A DNA stretch of 64,000 nt from Planctomycetota bacterium (GCA_046290465.1 JBKAGP010000001.1:992001-1056000); one strand, 5' to 3'; counted from the stretch's first letter, positions 8,555-18,111 are shown. Numbers and translations: made by a program. Notes: generated by a model not told the origin, from the sequence alone.

Positions 8555-10515
8555 AGTCGCTAACCGAAGCGACGTCGTTCTCGCAGTGGAACGACGCGAA
8601 CCTGGAGCACCTGTCGGACGCCGTCGATGCCCTTGCGAACCACCTGGGCTCGAACGACCCCGGATTCGGCAGCAGTCGCCGCGAACCTGCAGGCGGAGCC
8701 CGGGAACAACTGCGCGCGCTGAGCCAGCTCGGCTATCCACCACCAGCGCTGGTCTACATCACGTCGACCCTGCAGCTCAGTGCGTTCGAGGCGGATCTCC
8801 TGCTGCTGTGCACAGCCTGGGAACTCGATGCCGCACGCATCCGTGACCTGGTTGCCCGCCGTCACGGCGAAACCAAAGCCTTGACGTTCGGCCTCGCCAT
8901 GTCGCTGCTCCCGAACGCCTACTGGTCGGCTTGCGTCTCCGACCAGAAGCTACGACGCCTCGGACTGCTGGACACGGAACCCGGTCGACCGCTGCCGACG
9001 ACGACGGTCGCGATCGCGGACCACACCCTCGATCTGCTGAAGGGCGTGTCGCGCCCCCATCCTCGCATTGCCGCAAGGACAATCCCGATCGCGACCACAG
9101 CGCCCCTGACGGAAGGACAACGAGCAGGCCTGGAGGAAGCAGAACGTCATTGGTCGGACGAACCAGGCTCGTCCGGACCGGATGTCTCCACCGTGGCTCT
9201 GCTGCAGATTCACGGTCAGCGCCAGGACGTACACGCCGTCGTGGCCCGCCTCGGCGAACGCCGCGGTGCTCCGGCACGCGCGATCCGGGCCGCCGACCTG
9301 CACACCGACTCCGACGCGAACGACACGTTGCTGCGTGCCATCGAATGCGACGTACGTCTCCGGCTGCTCACCCTGGCCATCGAGGCCGACACGAGCCTGC
9401 TCGAACAAGACGAGGCCGGGGTTCGTCGGCTGGCTGGCCTGGTGCGGGAGGGCATCGCGCTGTGCCCGCTCGAACGCGTCGCGACGGACATCACCAACAC
9501 GCACGCCGTACGGATCCATGCTCCCACGTTCGACGAGCGCCGACGCGCGTGGCAAGCCAACGACTTCGGCCTACCCGCGGATGCCGCCTCCCTGCTTGCC
9601 AGGCAGTACCGAATGCCGCCGCAGACGATCCACCGGATCGCAACCCGCACGACGCTCGCAGGTTCACCCGAGGAGCGCTTCACGACCCTGTGGCGGGCCT
9701 GCCGGGACGCAACGGCCCCCGCCCTTTCGGATCTGGCGGCCCCGGTCGACACCGGCTTCGAGTGGCGTGACCTCCTGCTGCCCGACCGCCATGCGAGCGC
9801 ACTCCGTACCTTGCTCGCGCAAGCCCGACATCGACGGGCCGAGCGTGCCGACGGGGCCGGAGGCCTGGTGGCGCTGTTCTCGGGTGCCAGCGGTACCGGC
9901 AAGACCATGGCGGGAGGCATCCTCGGGAAGGAACTGGACCTGCCGGTATACCGGGTCGACCTCAGCTCCGTCGTCAGTAAGTACATCGGAGAAACCGAGA
10001 AGCACCTGCGTCGCGTCTTCGACGCCGCGGAGGCCGGCGGCGCCGTGCTGTTGTTCGACGAAGCCGATGCCTTGTTCGGCAAGCGAAGTGCCGTCACGTC
10101 CTCACACGACCGCCACGCCAACATCGAGGTCAGCTACCTCCTGCAGCGACTCGAGGCGTATTCCGGCATCGCCATTCTGACGACCAACCACGAGGACGAC
10201 CTCGACGAGGCGTTCAAGCGGCGGATCCGCTCGATCGTGCGCTTCCCGCGGCCCGGCAAGCCCCTGCGACGCGAACTGTGGCGACGCGGACTGCAGGGCC
10301 GACTGGCACCGCAACCGGTCGAACTGCTCGCCGAGATCCCACTCACCGGTGCCAACATCCGCAACATCCTCGACGTCGCAGAGTGCCTGGCTCGCGACCG
10401 CGGCGAGCCGCTGTCCCTGAACGTCGTGCGCTGGGCCACCCGCCTGGAGTTCGAGAAGGTCCGCCCCAACGAACGACTGCCGGCGACCTTGCGCAACGCG
10501 GCTTCGACGATGTAG
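8551..10515 (+). CDS. eCIS AAA+ ATPase (Afp15/Pvc15-like)
   Basis: Walker A GASGTGKT, 'YRVDLSSVVSKYIGETEKHL', Walker B 'LLFDEADALFGKRS', 'DRHANIEVSYLLQRLE', and N-terminal 'LSAFEADLLLLC.A.ELD'. TTG start overlaps the upstream stop. Confidence 0.92.
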   Translation: MKSLTEATSFSQWNDANLEHLSDAVDALANHLGSNDPGFGSSRREPAGGAREQLRALSQLGYPPPALVYITSTLQLSAFEADLLLLCTAWELDAARIRDLVARRHGETKALTFGLAMSLLPNAYWSACVSDQKLRRLGLLDTEPGRPLPTTTVAIADHTLDLLKGVSRPHPRIAARTIPIATTAPLTEGQRAGLEEAERHWSDEPGSSGPDVSTVALLQIHGQRQDVHAVVARLGERRGAPARAIRAADLHTDSDANDTLLRAIECDVRLRLLTLAIEADTSLLEQDEAGVRRLAGLVREGIALCPLERVATDITNTHAVRIHAPTFDERRRAWQANDFGLPADAASLLARQYRMPPQTIHRIATRTTLAGSPEERFTTLWRACRDATAPALSDLAAPVDTGFEWRDLLLPDRHASALRTLLAQARHRRAERADGAGGLVALFSGASGTGKTMAGGILGKELDLPVYRVDLSSVVSKYIGETEKHLRRVFDAAEAGGAVLLFDEADALFGKRSAVTSSHDRHANIEVSYLLQRLEAYSGIAILTTNHEDDLDEAFKRRIRSIVRFPRPGKPLRRELWRRGLQGRLAPQPVELLAEIPLTGANIRNILDVAECLARDRGEPLSLNVVRWATRLEFEKVRPNERLPATLRNAASTM

Positions 10516-10809
10516 GCCAGCCTCCCCGCCACAGCATCGCCCCCTCCGCCTCCCGAGAGATCACGTGCCGGCGGGCAGGCGGCGAAACCGACGTGCCAGC
10601 TGCCGACGGGCTGCCCCGCCGCGGCCGGCATCCTCGGACCCGCAGCATGCCCCCGCTCTAGTCGGACGCACGTCCCGAACGCGGTGGATGATCCGACGCC
10701 GCACCGCAACCCCGACGCCGTCCATGAGGATCCGAACGGGGAGACCGCAGCCGACGCCGAACCGCGAGAATGTGCGTAACGCGCCAGCCGCGCGCCCGCT
10801 GCCTCTGGC

Positions 10810-11898
10810 ATGAACCGCCTCCTTCTCGCCGCGGTGCTCACCGCACCGATCGCATCCGCTCAGGACATGATCGCCGTCAGCTGGAGCGGCGGCGTCTACG
10901 CGCTCGACTCCTACACCGGCACCACGACCTTCCTCGGCACCGGCATGTTCGGCCAGAACGCGCTGGCGCGCGACGACCAGGGCGGGCTGTGGAGCACCGA
11001 ACGGTCGACCGGACAGACCGGCTCGGTCTACTCGCTGACCAGCATCGATCCCGGCACCGGCGCGGCCACCGTCGTCACGCCGAACTTCCCCGACGTGCGC
11101 GCGTTCGCCAGCGCCGGCGGCACGCTGCTGTGGGCGATCTCCAACACGTCGCCCGACCAACTGATCACCATCGACGTGACCACGTCGCAGGTGACCACGA
11201 TCGGTCCGACCGGCTACACCGCCGTGCAGTGCCTGGCCGCGGTCGACGGCGTGCTCTACGCCTGGGACAACAACTTCGGCCTGCTGACGATCGACCCGAG
11301 CACCGGTGCTGCGACCGACGTCGATCCCGCGGTCGGCGGCAACAGCGACATGCAGTGGCTGGCGCGCCGCTCGGACGGCCAGCTCGTCGGCGGCCAGAGC
11401 GGCCTCTACGAGATCGACCCGAGCACCGGCGTCGCGACCCAGATCGGCAGCGGCCTGATCGACACGCGCGGCGCGGAGCCGTACCAGCAGCACGTGCAGA
11501 AGTTCGGCAGCGGCTGCGCCGGCGCGTTCGGAACGGTCAGCGCCAGCGCGACGATCGGCGCGGGTCCCAACCCACTGCTGACGACCAGCTCGACCAACCA
11601 CGCCGCCGGCGTGCCGGGCCTGATCCTGGTCGGCCTCAGCAGCCAGCAGACCGCCGGCGTGCCGCTGCCGATCGACGTCGACCCGATCTTCGGCACCCAG
11701 GGCTGCAGCCTCTACGTCAGCCTCGACGTGTCGGTGCTCGCGGTGACGTCGGCGCAGGGTCCGGCGACGCTCGACACCGCGTTCCCGATCCTGCCCGGCT
11801 GGGCCGGCTACTCGCTGCTGCTGCAGCACGCGACGCTCGACCCCGTCCAGGGCGGCCTGTCGCTGTCGGATGCGGTCGCGGTGCAGTTCGGGTTCTGA
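10810..11898 (+). CDS. secreted beta-propeller repeat protein with C-terminal beta-rich domain
   Basis: Signal peptide MNRLLLAAVLTAPIASA; repeated 'L..IDP.TG.AT.(I/V)' blades; C-terminal 'FGSGCAG...GCSLYVSLDV...Q.ATLDP..GGL.LSDA'. Confidence 0.75.
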   Translation: MNRLLLAAVLTAPIASAQDMIAVSWSGGVYALDSYTGTTTFLGTGMFGQNALARDDQGGLWSTERSTGQTGSVYSLTSIDPGTGAATVVTPNFPDVRAFASAGGTLLWAISNTSPDQLITIDVTTSQVTTIGPTGYTAVQCLAAVDGVLYAWDNNFGLLTIDPSTGAATDVDPAVGGNSDMQWLARRSDGQLVGGQSGLYEIDPSTGVATQIGSGLIDTRGAEPYQQHVQKFGSGCAGAFGTVSASATIGAGPNPLLTTSSTNHAAGVPGLILVGLSSQQTAGVPLPIDVDPIFGTQGCSLYVSLDVSVLAVTSAQGPATLDTAFPILPGWAGYSLLLQHATLDPVQGGLSLSDAVAVQFGF

Positions 11899-11962
11899 CG
11901 GGGTGGGCGCCCGTCGGCGCGACGTGCTGGCGGGTCTCGGCCGACGTGGCCATCATGTCGCG

Positions 11963-13858
11963 ATGCCCGCCGCCCGCACGCTGCTCGCCCTGCTGTCGCT
12001 GATCGCGCCCGCTGCTGCACAACGCCGCGATGCGCCCGACGAGGCCGCGCCGGCGCTGGCCCGGGCGATGGCCACAGCACCCCGCCCACACCCGCGGCTG
12101 TTCCTGCACGACGCGGACGTGGCGGCGCTGCGCCGCCGCATCGATCAGCAGCCGCTGCTGCAGCAGGCGATGCAGTGGTGCCTGGACACCGCCGATGCGA
12201 TCGAGGCTGCGGCGCCGGTGAGTCGCAGGCAGACCGGGCGGCGGCTGCTGTCGGTCTCACGAACGTGCCTCAAGCGGGTCGTGCACCTGGCGTTCGCGCA
12301 CCGGATGACCGGCGAACGACGCTACCTGCAGCGCGCGCAGCGCGAGATGCTGGCGGCCGCCGCGTTCGCCGACTGGAACCCGAGCCACTTCCTCGACGTC
12401 GCCGAGATGACCGCGGCGCTGGCGATCGGCTACGACTGGCTGCACGACGACCTCGATGCCGACGCGCGCCGGGCGATCCTCGCGGCGATCGTCGCCAAGG
12501 GACTCGAGCCGTCGCTGCGCGGCGGCTGGTGGGTCCGGACCAGCAACAACTGGAACCAGGTCTGCCACGGTGGCCTGACGCTCGGCGCGCTCGCCGTGCA
12601 GGAGCACGAACCCGAACTGGCGCTGCGGATCGTGCAGCGCGCGCAGCAGAACCTGCCGCGCGCGATGGCCGAGTACGAACCGGACGGCGCCTACCCCGAA
12701 GGGCCCGGCTACTGGGTCTACGGCACGACCTACAACGTGCTGCTGCTGGACGCGCTGCGCACCGCGCTCGGCGACGACTTCGGGCTCGGCGACGCGGCCG
12801 GCCTGATGGCGTCCGCCGACTACCTGGTGCACGTCACCGGCCCGACCGATCGGTTCTACAACTACTCGGACGGCGGCAGCAGCCATCGGGTCTCGCCGGC
12901 GATGCGCTGGTTCGCCGCGACCCGCAACGCCCCGCACCTGCTGTGGCACGAGACCGAAGCCCTGCGCCGGCACCTGCGCGAGCAACGGCCCTCGGCCGGC
13001 AATGGCCACCGGCTGTTCCCGTTCGCGTTGATCTGGGCCGACCGTGAACGGCGCGCCGAGCCACCCACCCGCCACTACCGCGCGCGCGGCCGCACGCCGA
13101 TCGCGACGCACCGCTCCGGCTGGGGAACGGACGCGACGTTCGTCGCGATCAAGTCCGGTACGCCGTCCGCCAACCACGGCCACATGGACATCGGCTCGTT
13201 CGTGCTCGACGCCGACGGCGTGCGCTGGGCGGTCGACCTCGGCTCGCAGAGCTACCACGGCCTCGAGTCGAAGGGCATCCGGCTGTGGGACCGCAGCCAG
13301 GGCAGCCAGCGCTGGACGGTGTTCCGGCTCAACAGCCTGTCGCACAACACGCTGGTCGTCGACGGCGCGCGCCAGCGCGTGCAGGGCCGCGGCGAACTGC
13401 TCGCGTTCGCAGCGGACGGCCCGATGCCGCACACGATCGTCGACCTCGCTGCCGCCTACCGTGGCCAGCTCGACGGCCCCCGGCGCGGCGTCGGCCTGCT
13501 CGGTGAGGCCGTCGTCGTGCAGGACGAGTTCACGACGCTGGACCGGCCGACGACCACGGTGCGCTGGGGCATGGTCACTGAGGCCGAGGTCACGCTCGAC
13601 GGCTCGACCGCGGTGCTGCAGCAGGACGGCAAACGGCTGGTCGCGCGCGTGCTCGCGCCGGCCGGCGCGGCCTGGAAGGTCTACGACACCGCCACGCCGA
13701 AGGCGCCCCACGACGCGCCCAACCCGGGCACGTGCATGCTCGGCTTCGAGGTGGGGCTGGCTGCCCGCAGCGAGCAGCGGCTGCAGGTCGTGCTGGTGCC
13801 AGGCGACGGGGCGCTGCCAGACGGGGCGCGCCTGCCGGGTCGCCTGTCGACCTGGTGA
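11963..13858 (+). CDS. heparinase II/III-family polysaccharide lyase, secreted
   Basis: Signal peptide; 'HPRLF', 'DWNPSHFLDVAEM', 'NNWNQVC', 'DGAYPEGPGYW.YG', 'NHGHMDIGSFV', 'SHNTLVVDG'. Confidence 0.88.
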   Translation: MPAARTLLALLSLIAPAAAQRRDAPDEAAPALARAMATAPRPHPRLFLHDADVAALRRRIDQQPLLQQAMQWCLDTADAIEAAAPVSRRQTGRRLLSVSRTCLKRVVHLAFAHRMTGERRYLQRAQREMLAAAAFADWNPSHFLDVAEMTAALAIGYDWLHDDLDADARRAILAAIVAKGLEPSLRGGWWVRTSNNWNQVCHGGLTLGALAVQEHEPELALRIVQRAQQNLPRAMAEYEPDGAYPEGPGYWVYGTTYNVLLLDALRTALGDDFGLGDAAGLMASADYLVHVTGPTDRFYNYSDGGSSHRVSPAMRWFAATRNAPHLLWHETEALRRHLREQRPSAGNGHRLFPFALIWADRERRAEPPTRHYRARGRTPIATHRSGWGTDATFVAIKSGTPSANHGHMDIGSFVLDADGVRWAVDLGSQSYHGLESKGIRLWDRSQGSQRWTVFRLNSLSHNTLVVDGARQRVQGRGELLAFAADGPMPHTIVDLAAAYRGQLDGPRRGVGLLGEAVVVQDEFTTLDRPTTTVRWGMVTEAEVTLDGSTAVLQQDGKRLVARVLAPAGAAWKVYDTATPKAPHDAPNPGTCMLGFEVGLAARSEQRLQVVLVPGDGALPDGARLPGRLSTW

Positions 13859-13891
13859 TCGCCGCCGACGTGCGATCGGCCGCGATTTCGA

Positions 13892-13917
13892 GGAACCGGT
13901 GCGGCGCGGCCGGCACC
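13892..13917 (+). promoter_or_regulatory. GGAAC-N15-GGCACC motif (putative ECF-type promoter) upstream of the secretin gene
   Basis: GGAAC 13892-13896 and GGCACC 13912-13917, 8 nt before GTG 13926. The identical motif occurs twice more at 18034-18111. Confidence 0.6.
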
Positions 13918-13925
13918 CAGGCGAC

Positions 13926-15938
13926 GTGGCCAACCATCCGATCCGCTCCCCCGCGCTCGCACTGACCGTCGCCGTGCTCGGCCTGTCCGCCGTATCCGCC
14001 CAGGATCCGGCCCGAGGTGCCGCCGGGGCCACGACCACCACCCCGCGCATCGTCACCGTCGGCACCCACGTTCGGCTGACCCTGCCGCGCGAGGTCAAGC
14101 GGCTGGCGGTCGGCGACGACGCGGTCGTTTCGGTCGAACTGCTGTCGACGACCGAGGCGCTGGTGCTGGGCAAGCGCACCGGCACCACGACCGTGCTGGC
14201 CTGGTACGCCGACGGCAGCCAGGAACCGCTGCTGTTCCGGGTCCAGCGCGACCTGTCGCTGCTGCAGACGGCACTGGACGACATCTGCCCCGGCGTGCGC
14301 GCACAGATCGCACCCGACCGCGACGCCCTGGTGCTGACCGGGACCGTTCCGGACGAGCAGCATCGCCAGGCGGTGCTGCGCGCCGCCGGCAGCTACCTGA
14401 CGGCCAGCCCGCGGGCCGGCGTGCAGGTCGCGGCACGCGCGCCCGAGGACACGGTGGCGAACGTGCAGGTGCGCGGCGACGCCGAGCCGACCGGACAGGC
14501 GCAGGTGATCGACCTGCTGCGCCTGGCGGCACTGCCGGCCTCGCTCGAGGACCGGATCCTCGAGGCCATCCGACCGCTGGCCGGCGACGACGTGCGCGTG
14601 CGGCGGCTGCAGCGCAACCCGCTGTCCGACGACGACGAGGATGTGCTGGTGCTGGAAGGCAGCGTCCCGGACCAGATTGCCCTGGTGCGCGCAATGCAGC
14701 TGGCGGCGCGCATGTTCCTCGGCAGCGACGACAACGCCAACTCCGGCCAGAACACCATCCAGGTGCTGGCCGACGAGGCCGGGGCGCTGGTCTCGGGCCG
14801 CGGCAACCAGCTCGGCGGAGGCCAGGGCCAGAACGGCGGCGGCGGCGGCCAGGGGCAGAACGGCGGCGGCTTCGGTGGCGGCGGCTTCGCCGGCGGCGGC
14901 GGCGTCGGCGTGCAGCGCAACGAAGTGCGCCGCAACCTCGGCCGCGCGACCGTGCTGTCGATGGCCAAGGGCCGGATCCTGTCGTTCCTGGACGTGCGCG
15001 ACCGCCCGCAGGTCCGGGTCTCGGTGCAGCTGTTCGAGATCGACCGCGACCGCCTGTTCCAGTTCTCGTCGGACCTGCAGCTGCAGGGATCCGACTTCGC
15101 GCAGCCGGTGCTCAACCCGAGCAACATCGGCAACCGCATCCAGCCGAACCCGGCCGACGTCGGCGCGTTCTCGGACACCGACGTGCAGGCCGGCCTCGCC
15201 TCGCTCGCCAGCGGCTTCAGCCAGCAGGTGCAGGTCAGCGGCCAGCGGATCGCGCTCGACGCGCTGGTGCAGGCCCTCGAGGCGCGCGGCATCGCGCGCC
15301 GGCTGTCGAGCCCGGTGCTGACCGTGCTCAACGGCGAGACCGCGCAGTTCCAGGTCGGCGGCGAGATCCCGGTGCCGCAGGCGTTCACGCCGGCGGCCGG
15401 TGGCGGCAGCGGTCTCGGCACGTTCGCATCGGTCGACTTCCGCGCGTTCGGCGTCGGCCTCGGCGTGCGGCCGCTGGTCGGCGAAGCCGGCGAGGTGACC
15501 CTCGACCTCAGTTCGATCGTCTCGCAACCCGACGAGACGCTGACGACGATCGTGCGCGACTCGACCGGCACGACGCCGCAGACCACCGCGTTCGCGACCA
15601 GGGCGCTGCGCACCAACGCGCGCCTGCAGGACGGCCAGTCGCTGCTCGTCGGCGGTCTGGTCAGCCGCGCCCTGCGCGACGACGTGTCGAAGACGCCGCT
15701 GCTCGGCGACCTGCCGTTGATCGGCTGGATGTTCCGCAGCACCAACAACAGCTTCGGCGAGTCGGAGCTGTTCGTGCTGGTCAGCCCGAGCGTGGTGCGC
15801 CCGCCGGTCGCCGGCAGCGACCTGTGGCTGCAGCCGGGGCTGCGCGAGACGCTCGCGGCGTGCGGCGGTGCGGAGCCGGAGCGGGACGACGAAGCGGTTG
15901 GCGAGATCGGCGGCGACGACCGGCCCGACGGCAACTAG
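13926..15938 (+). CDS. cpaC: Tad pilus secretin (RcpA/CpaC family)
   Basis: Signal peptide; pilus-formation N domain ('RLAVGDDAVVSV...ALVLGKRTGTTTVLAW'); two BON-like segments; Gly-rich linker; secretin 'SPVLTVLNGETAQFQVGGEIPVP', 'LQDGQSLLVGGL', 'PLLGDLPLIGWMFRS'. Confidence 0.9.
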   Translation: MANHPIRSPALALTVAVLGLSAVSAQDPARGAAGATTTTPRIVTVGTHVRLTLPREVKRLAVGDDAVVSVELLSTTEALVLGKRTGTTTVLAWYADGSQEPLLFRVQRDLSLLQTALDDICPGVRAQIAPDRDALVLTGTVPDEQHRQAVLRAAGSYLTASPRAGVQVAARAPEDTVANVQVRGDAEPTGQAQVIDLLRLAALPASLEDRILEAIRPLAGDDVRVRRLQRNPLSDDDEDVLVLEGSVPDQIALVRAMQLAARMFLGSDDNANSGQNTIQVLADEAGALVSGRGNQLGGGQGQNGGGGGQGQNGGGFGGGGFAGGGGVGVQRNEVRRNLGRATVLSMAKGRILSFLDVRDRPQVRVSVQLFEIDRDRLFQFSSDLQLQGSDFAQPVLNPSNIGNRIQPNPADVGAFSDTDVQAGLASLASGFSQQVQVSGQRIALDALVQALEARGIARRLSSPVLTVLNGETAQFQVGGEIPVPQAFTPAAGGGSGLGTFASVDFRAFGVGLGVRPLVGEAGEVTLDLSSIVSQPDETLTTIVRDSTGTTPQTTAFATRALRTNARLQDGQSLLVGGLVSRALRDDVSKTPLLGDLPLIGWMFRSTNNSFGESELFVLVSPSVVRPPVAGSDLWLQPGLRETLAACGGAEPERDDEAVGEIGGDDRPDGN

Positions 15939-15970
15939 AGGATCGGGACTGGCGGGTCGGGACTGGCGGG

Positions 15971-17317
15971 TCAGGCCTCAGCCGAACCCGCCAGTTCGTC
16001 CGCGGCCGGCGCACCGACCGCCTCTCCTTCTTCCCCTTCTTCCGCGAGCCCGCCCTCTGCGAGCCCGTCCTCAGCGAGCCACGGCGCGAACGGGTCCGCA
16101 TAGTCCGTCCATCGCTCGGCGCCGAGCGCCAGCTCCGCGTCGGACAACAGGCACGCGTCCAGCCGACGGCGCAGGTCCGCCTCGTCGACGTCGCGACCGA
16201 TGACGACCAGCTCCTGCCGGCGATCGCCGAACGGACCGGCGCTGTTGGCTTCGATCTCGGCGCGCACCTCCGGCTCGTCGGGCCACTCGTCGGCGGGCAC
16301 GGTCGCCCACCAGGATCCCGCGCCCGACAGCTCACAGGCGCCGCCCGCCTGGTGCCACATGCCGACGTGGTCGTGCCGCGTCGCCAGCCAGACGAAGCCC
16401 TTGCTGCGCAGCACGCCCGGCCATTCCTGCTCGAAGCACGCGTACAGCCGCTCCGGATGGAACGGCCGCCGCGCCCGGTAGACGAAGCTGCCGATGCCGT
16501 ATTCGTCCTGTTCGCTCGCCTCGTCGCCGCGCATCACCTTGAGCCACCCGGGCATCGACGCCGCGCGCTCGAAGTCGAAGCGGCCGGTCGCGAGGATCTC
16601 GCGCACGTCGATCGCGCCGTGCTCGGCGACGAGCTGGTGCGCCTCCGGATTGAGCCGCCGCAGCAGCGCCTGCAGCGCCGCGAGTTGCTGCGGCTCGACG
16701 AGGTCCGGCTTGCTGATGACCAGCACGTCGGCGAACTCGACCTGCTCGACCAGCAGATCGTCGATGGTGCGATCGTCCTCGTCGTCGAGCGCCAGATCCC
16801 GGTCGCGCAGCTCGTCGCCGGCGCCCAGGTCGCGCGGGAACGCCGCGGCATCGACCACCGTCACCATGGTGTCGAGTTCGGCGACGTCGCCGAGGCCCTT
16901 GCCGTGCTCGTCGACGAACGTGAACGTCTCGGCCACCGGCATCGGCTCGGAGATCCCGGTCGACTCGATCAGCAGGTAGTCGAACTGGCCGCTGCGGGCG
17001 AGCCGCGCGACCTCCTGCAGCAGGTCCTCACGCAGCGTGCAGCAGATGCAGCCGTTCTGCATCTGCACCAGCTTCTCCTCGGTCCGGTGCAGTTCGGCGC
17101 CGCCCCCGCGCACCTCGGCGGCGTCGATGTTGACCGAACTCATGTCGTTGACGATGACCGCGACGCGCATGCCGTCGCGGTTGTGCAGCACGTGCTGCAG
17201 CAACGTGGTCTTGCCGGCGCCGAGGAAGCCCGACAGCACGGTGACCGGCAGGCGTGCCCCGGTCAGGCGTACCCCGGTCAGGCGTGCCCCCGTCTGGCGC
17301 TCGTGTGCCGCGCTCAT
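15971..17317 (-). CDS. COG0523/G3E-family GTPase metallochaperone (ZigA/YciC/CobW-like)
   Basis: '[18 protein letters not shown]', CxCC motif '[12 protein letters not shown]', '[10 protein letters not shown]', and CobW_C '[28 protein letters not shown]'. ATGA overlap with the upstream gene. Confidence 0.95.
   Translation of the reverse strand: MSAAHERQTGARLTGVRLTGARLPVTVLSGFLGAGKTTLLQHVLHNRDGMRVAVIVNDMSSVNIDAAEVRGGGAELHRTEEKLVQMQNGCICCTLREDLLQEVARLARSGQFDYLLIESTGISEPMPVAETFTFVDEHGKGLGDVAELDTMVTVVDAAAFPRDLGAGDELRDRDLALDDEDDRTIDDLLVEQVEFADVLVISKPDLVEPQQLAALQALLRRLNPEAHQLVAEHGAIDVREILATGRFDFERAASMPGWLKVMRGDEASEQDEYGIGSFVYRARRPFHPERLYACFEQEWPGVLRSKGFVWLATRHDHVGMWHQAGGACELSGAGSWWATVPADEWPDEPEVRAEIEANSAGPFGDRRQELVVIGRDVDEADLRRRLDACLLSDAELALGAERWTDYADPFAPWLAEDGLAEGGLAEEGEEGEAVGAPAADELAGSAEA
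17249..17293. repeat. 15-bp tandem repeat x3 (encodes [15 protein letters not shown])
   Basis: caggcgtgccccggt / caggcgtaccccggt / caggcgtgcccccgt. Confidence 0.9.
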
Positions 17318-18021
17318 CGGCCCGCCTCCTGGTCGCCGCCGCCGAGCTGGCTGAGCATGTCGACGCGCAGCAGCACCCGCGCCGCGCCGGCCGGGTCCGG
17401 CGATCGGTGCACCGCGCCGAAGCCCTCGGCGTTGGGCCAGGCCTCGCCCTTCAGCAGCGTCACCGAGAACGGCTCGACCGAGCGCACCACGGCGCCGCGC
17501 TTCATCACGCCGTTCTGGTCGTCGGGCCGGTCCTGACCCGGCTCGCCGAGGAAGCGCCGATCGACGTCGCACTCGGCCAGCCACTCGGTGCCGGGCCCGC
17601 TGTAGGTCACCAGCATGCGGATGCCGACCCGGTCGACGTGGAAGCGCGGACAGGTGGCCTCGTCCGGCCCCTCCAGCGAGATCATCAGTTCGTCGGCCTG
17701 GACCAGCTCCGCAAACGCCTCGCACAGCTCGACCACGTCGTCCTGCCAGGCGGCGGCCGCCTCCGGATCGATGCGCCAGGCCGACTCCGGCAGCAGGTCG
17801 GCGACCTCCGCGCGCAGGTCGACTTCGCTGCACCGCACGACCGCGCGGGCGTCCCGGCCGAGATCGCCGGCGAGCCGCGACGCCAGCGCCTGCACGGCGG
17901 GGTCGAGCGGCCGGCGCCACGTGGTCAGGTGCCGGTCCGGCTCCAGGATCGAGGCCAGGTCGGCGAGGTCTGTGACCTCGGCGGCACCGGGGGCAAGCGC
18001 ACGCAAGTCGATGGCGGTCAT
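17314..18021 (-). CDS. DUF1826-family protein
   Basis: '[25 protein letters not shown]', 'LLKGEAW..AEG.GAVHRSP', 'RVLLRVD'. Directly upstream of the COG0523 gene. Confidence 0.88.
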   Translation of the reverse strand: MTAIDLRALAPGAAEVTDLADLASILEPDRHLTTWRRPLDPAVQALASRLAGDLGRDARAVVRCSEVDLRAEVADLLPESAWRIDPEAAAAWQDDVVELCEAFAELVQADELMISLEGPDEATCPRFHVDRVGIRMLVTYSGPGTEWLAECDVDRRFLGEPGQDRPDDQNGVMKRGAVVRSVEPFSVTLLKGEAWPNAEGFGAVHRSPDPAGAARVLLRVDMLSQLGGGDQEAGR

Positions 18022-18033
18022 CTCGAGGACCCC

Positions 18034-18059
18034 GGTGCCGCTGGCCACCCGCGAGTTCC
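18034..18059 (-). promoter_or_regulatory. GGAAC-N15-GGCACC motif upstream of the DUF1826 gene
   Basis: Minus strand reads GGAAC tcgcgggtggccagc GGCACC, 12 nt before ATG 18021. Confidence 0.6.
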
Positions 18060-18085
18060 CGCACAAAAAAAAGTCGCGCCGGCGC

Positions 18086-18111
18086 GGAACTCCCCCGGCC
18101 CGGCCGGCACC
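18086..18111 (+). promoter_or_regulatory. GGAAC-N15-GGCACC motif upstream of the flp pilin gene
   Basis: GGAAC tcccccggcccggcc GGCACC, back-to-back with the minus-strand copy, with an A8 tract between them. Confidence 0.6.

Noticed and set aside
14810..14910. GGC-rich repeat in the secretin gene as a separate element
   Set aside because: It encodes a Gly/Gln/Asn low-complexity linker, common in secretins.
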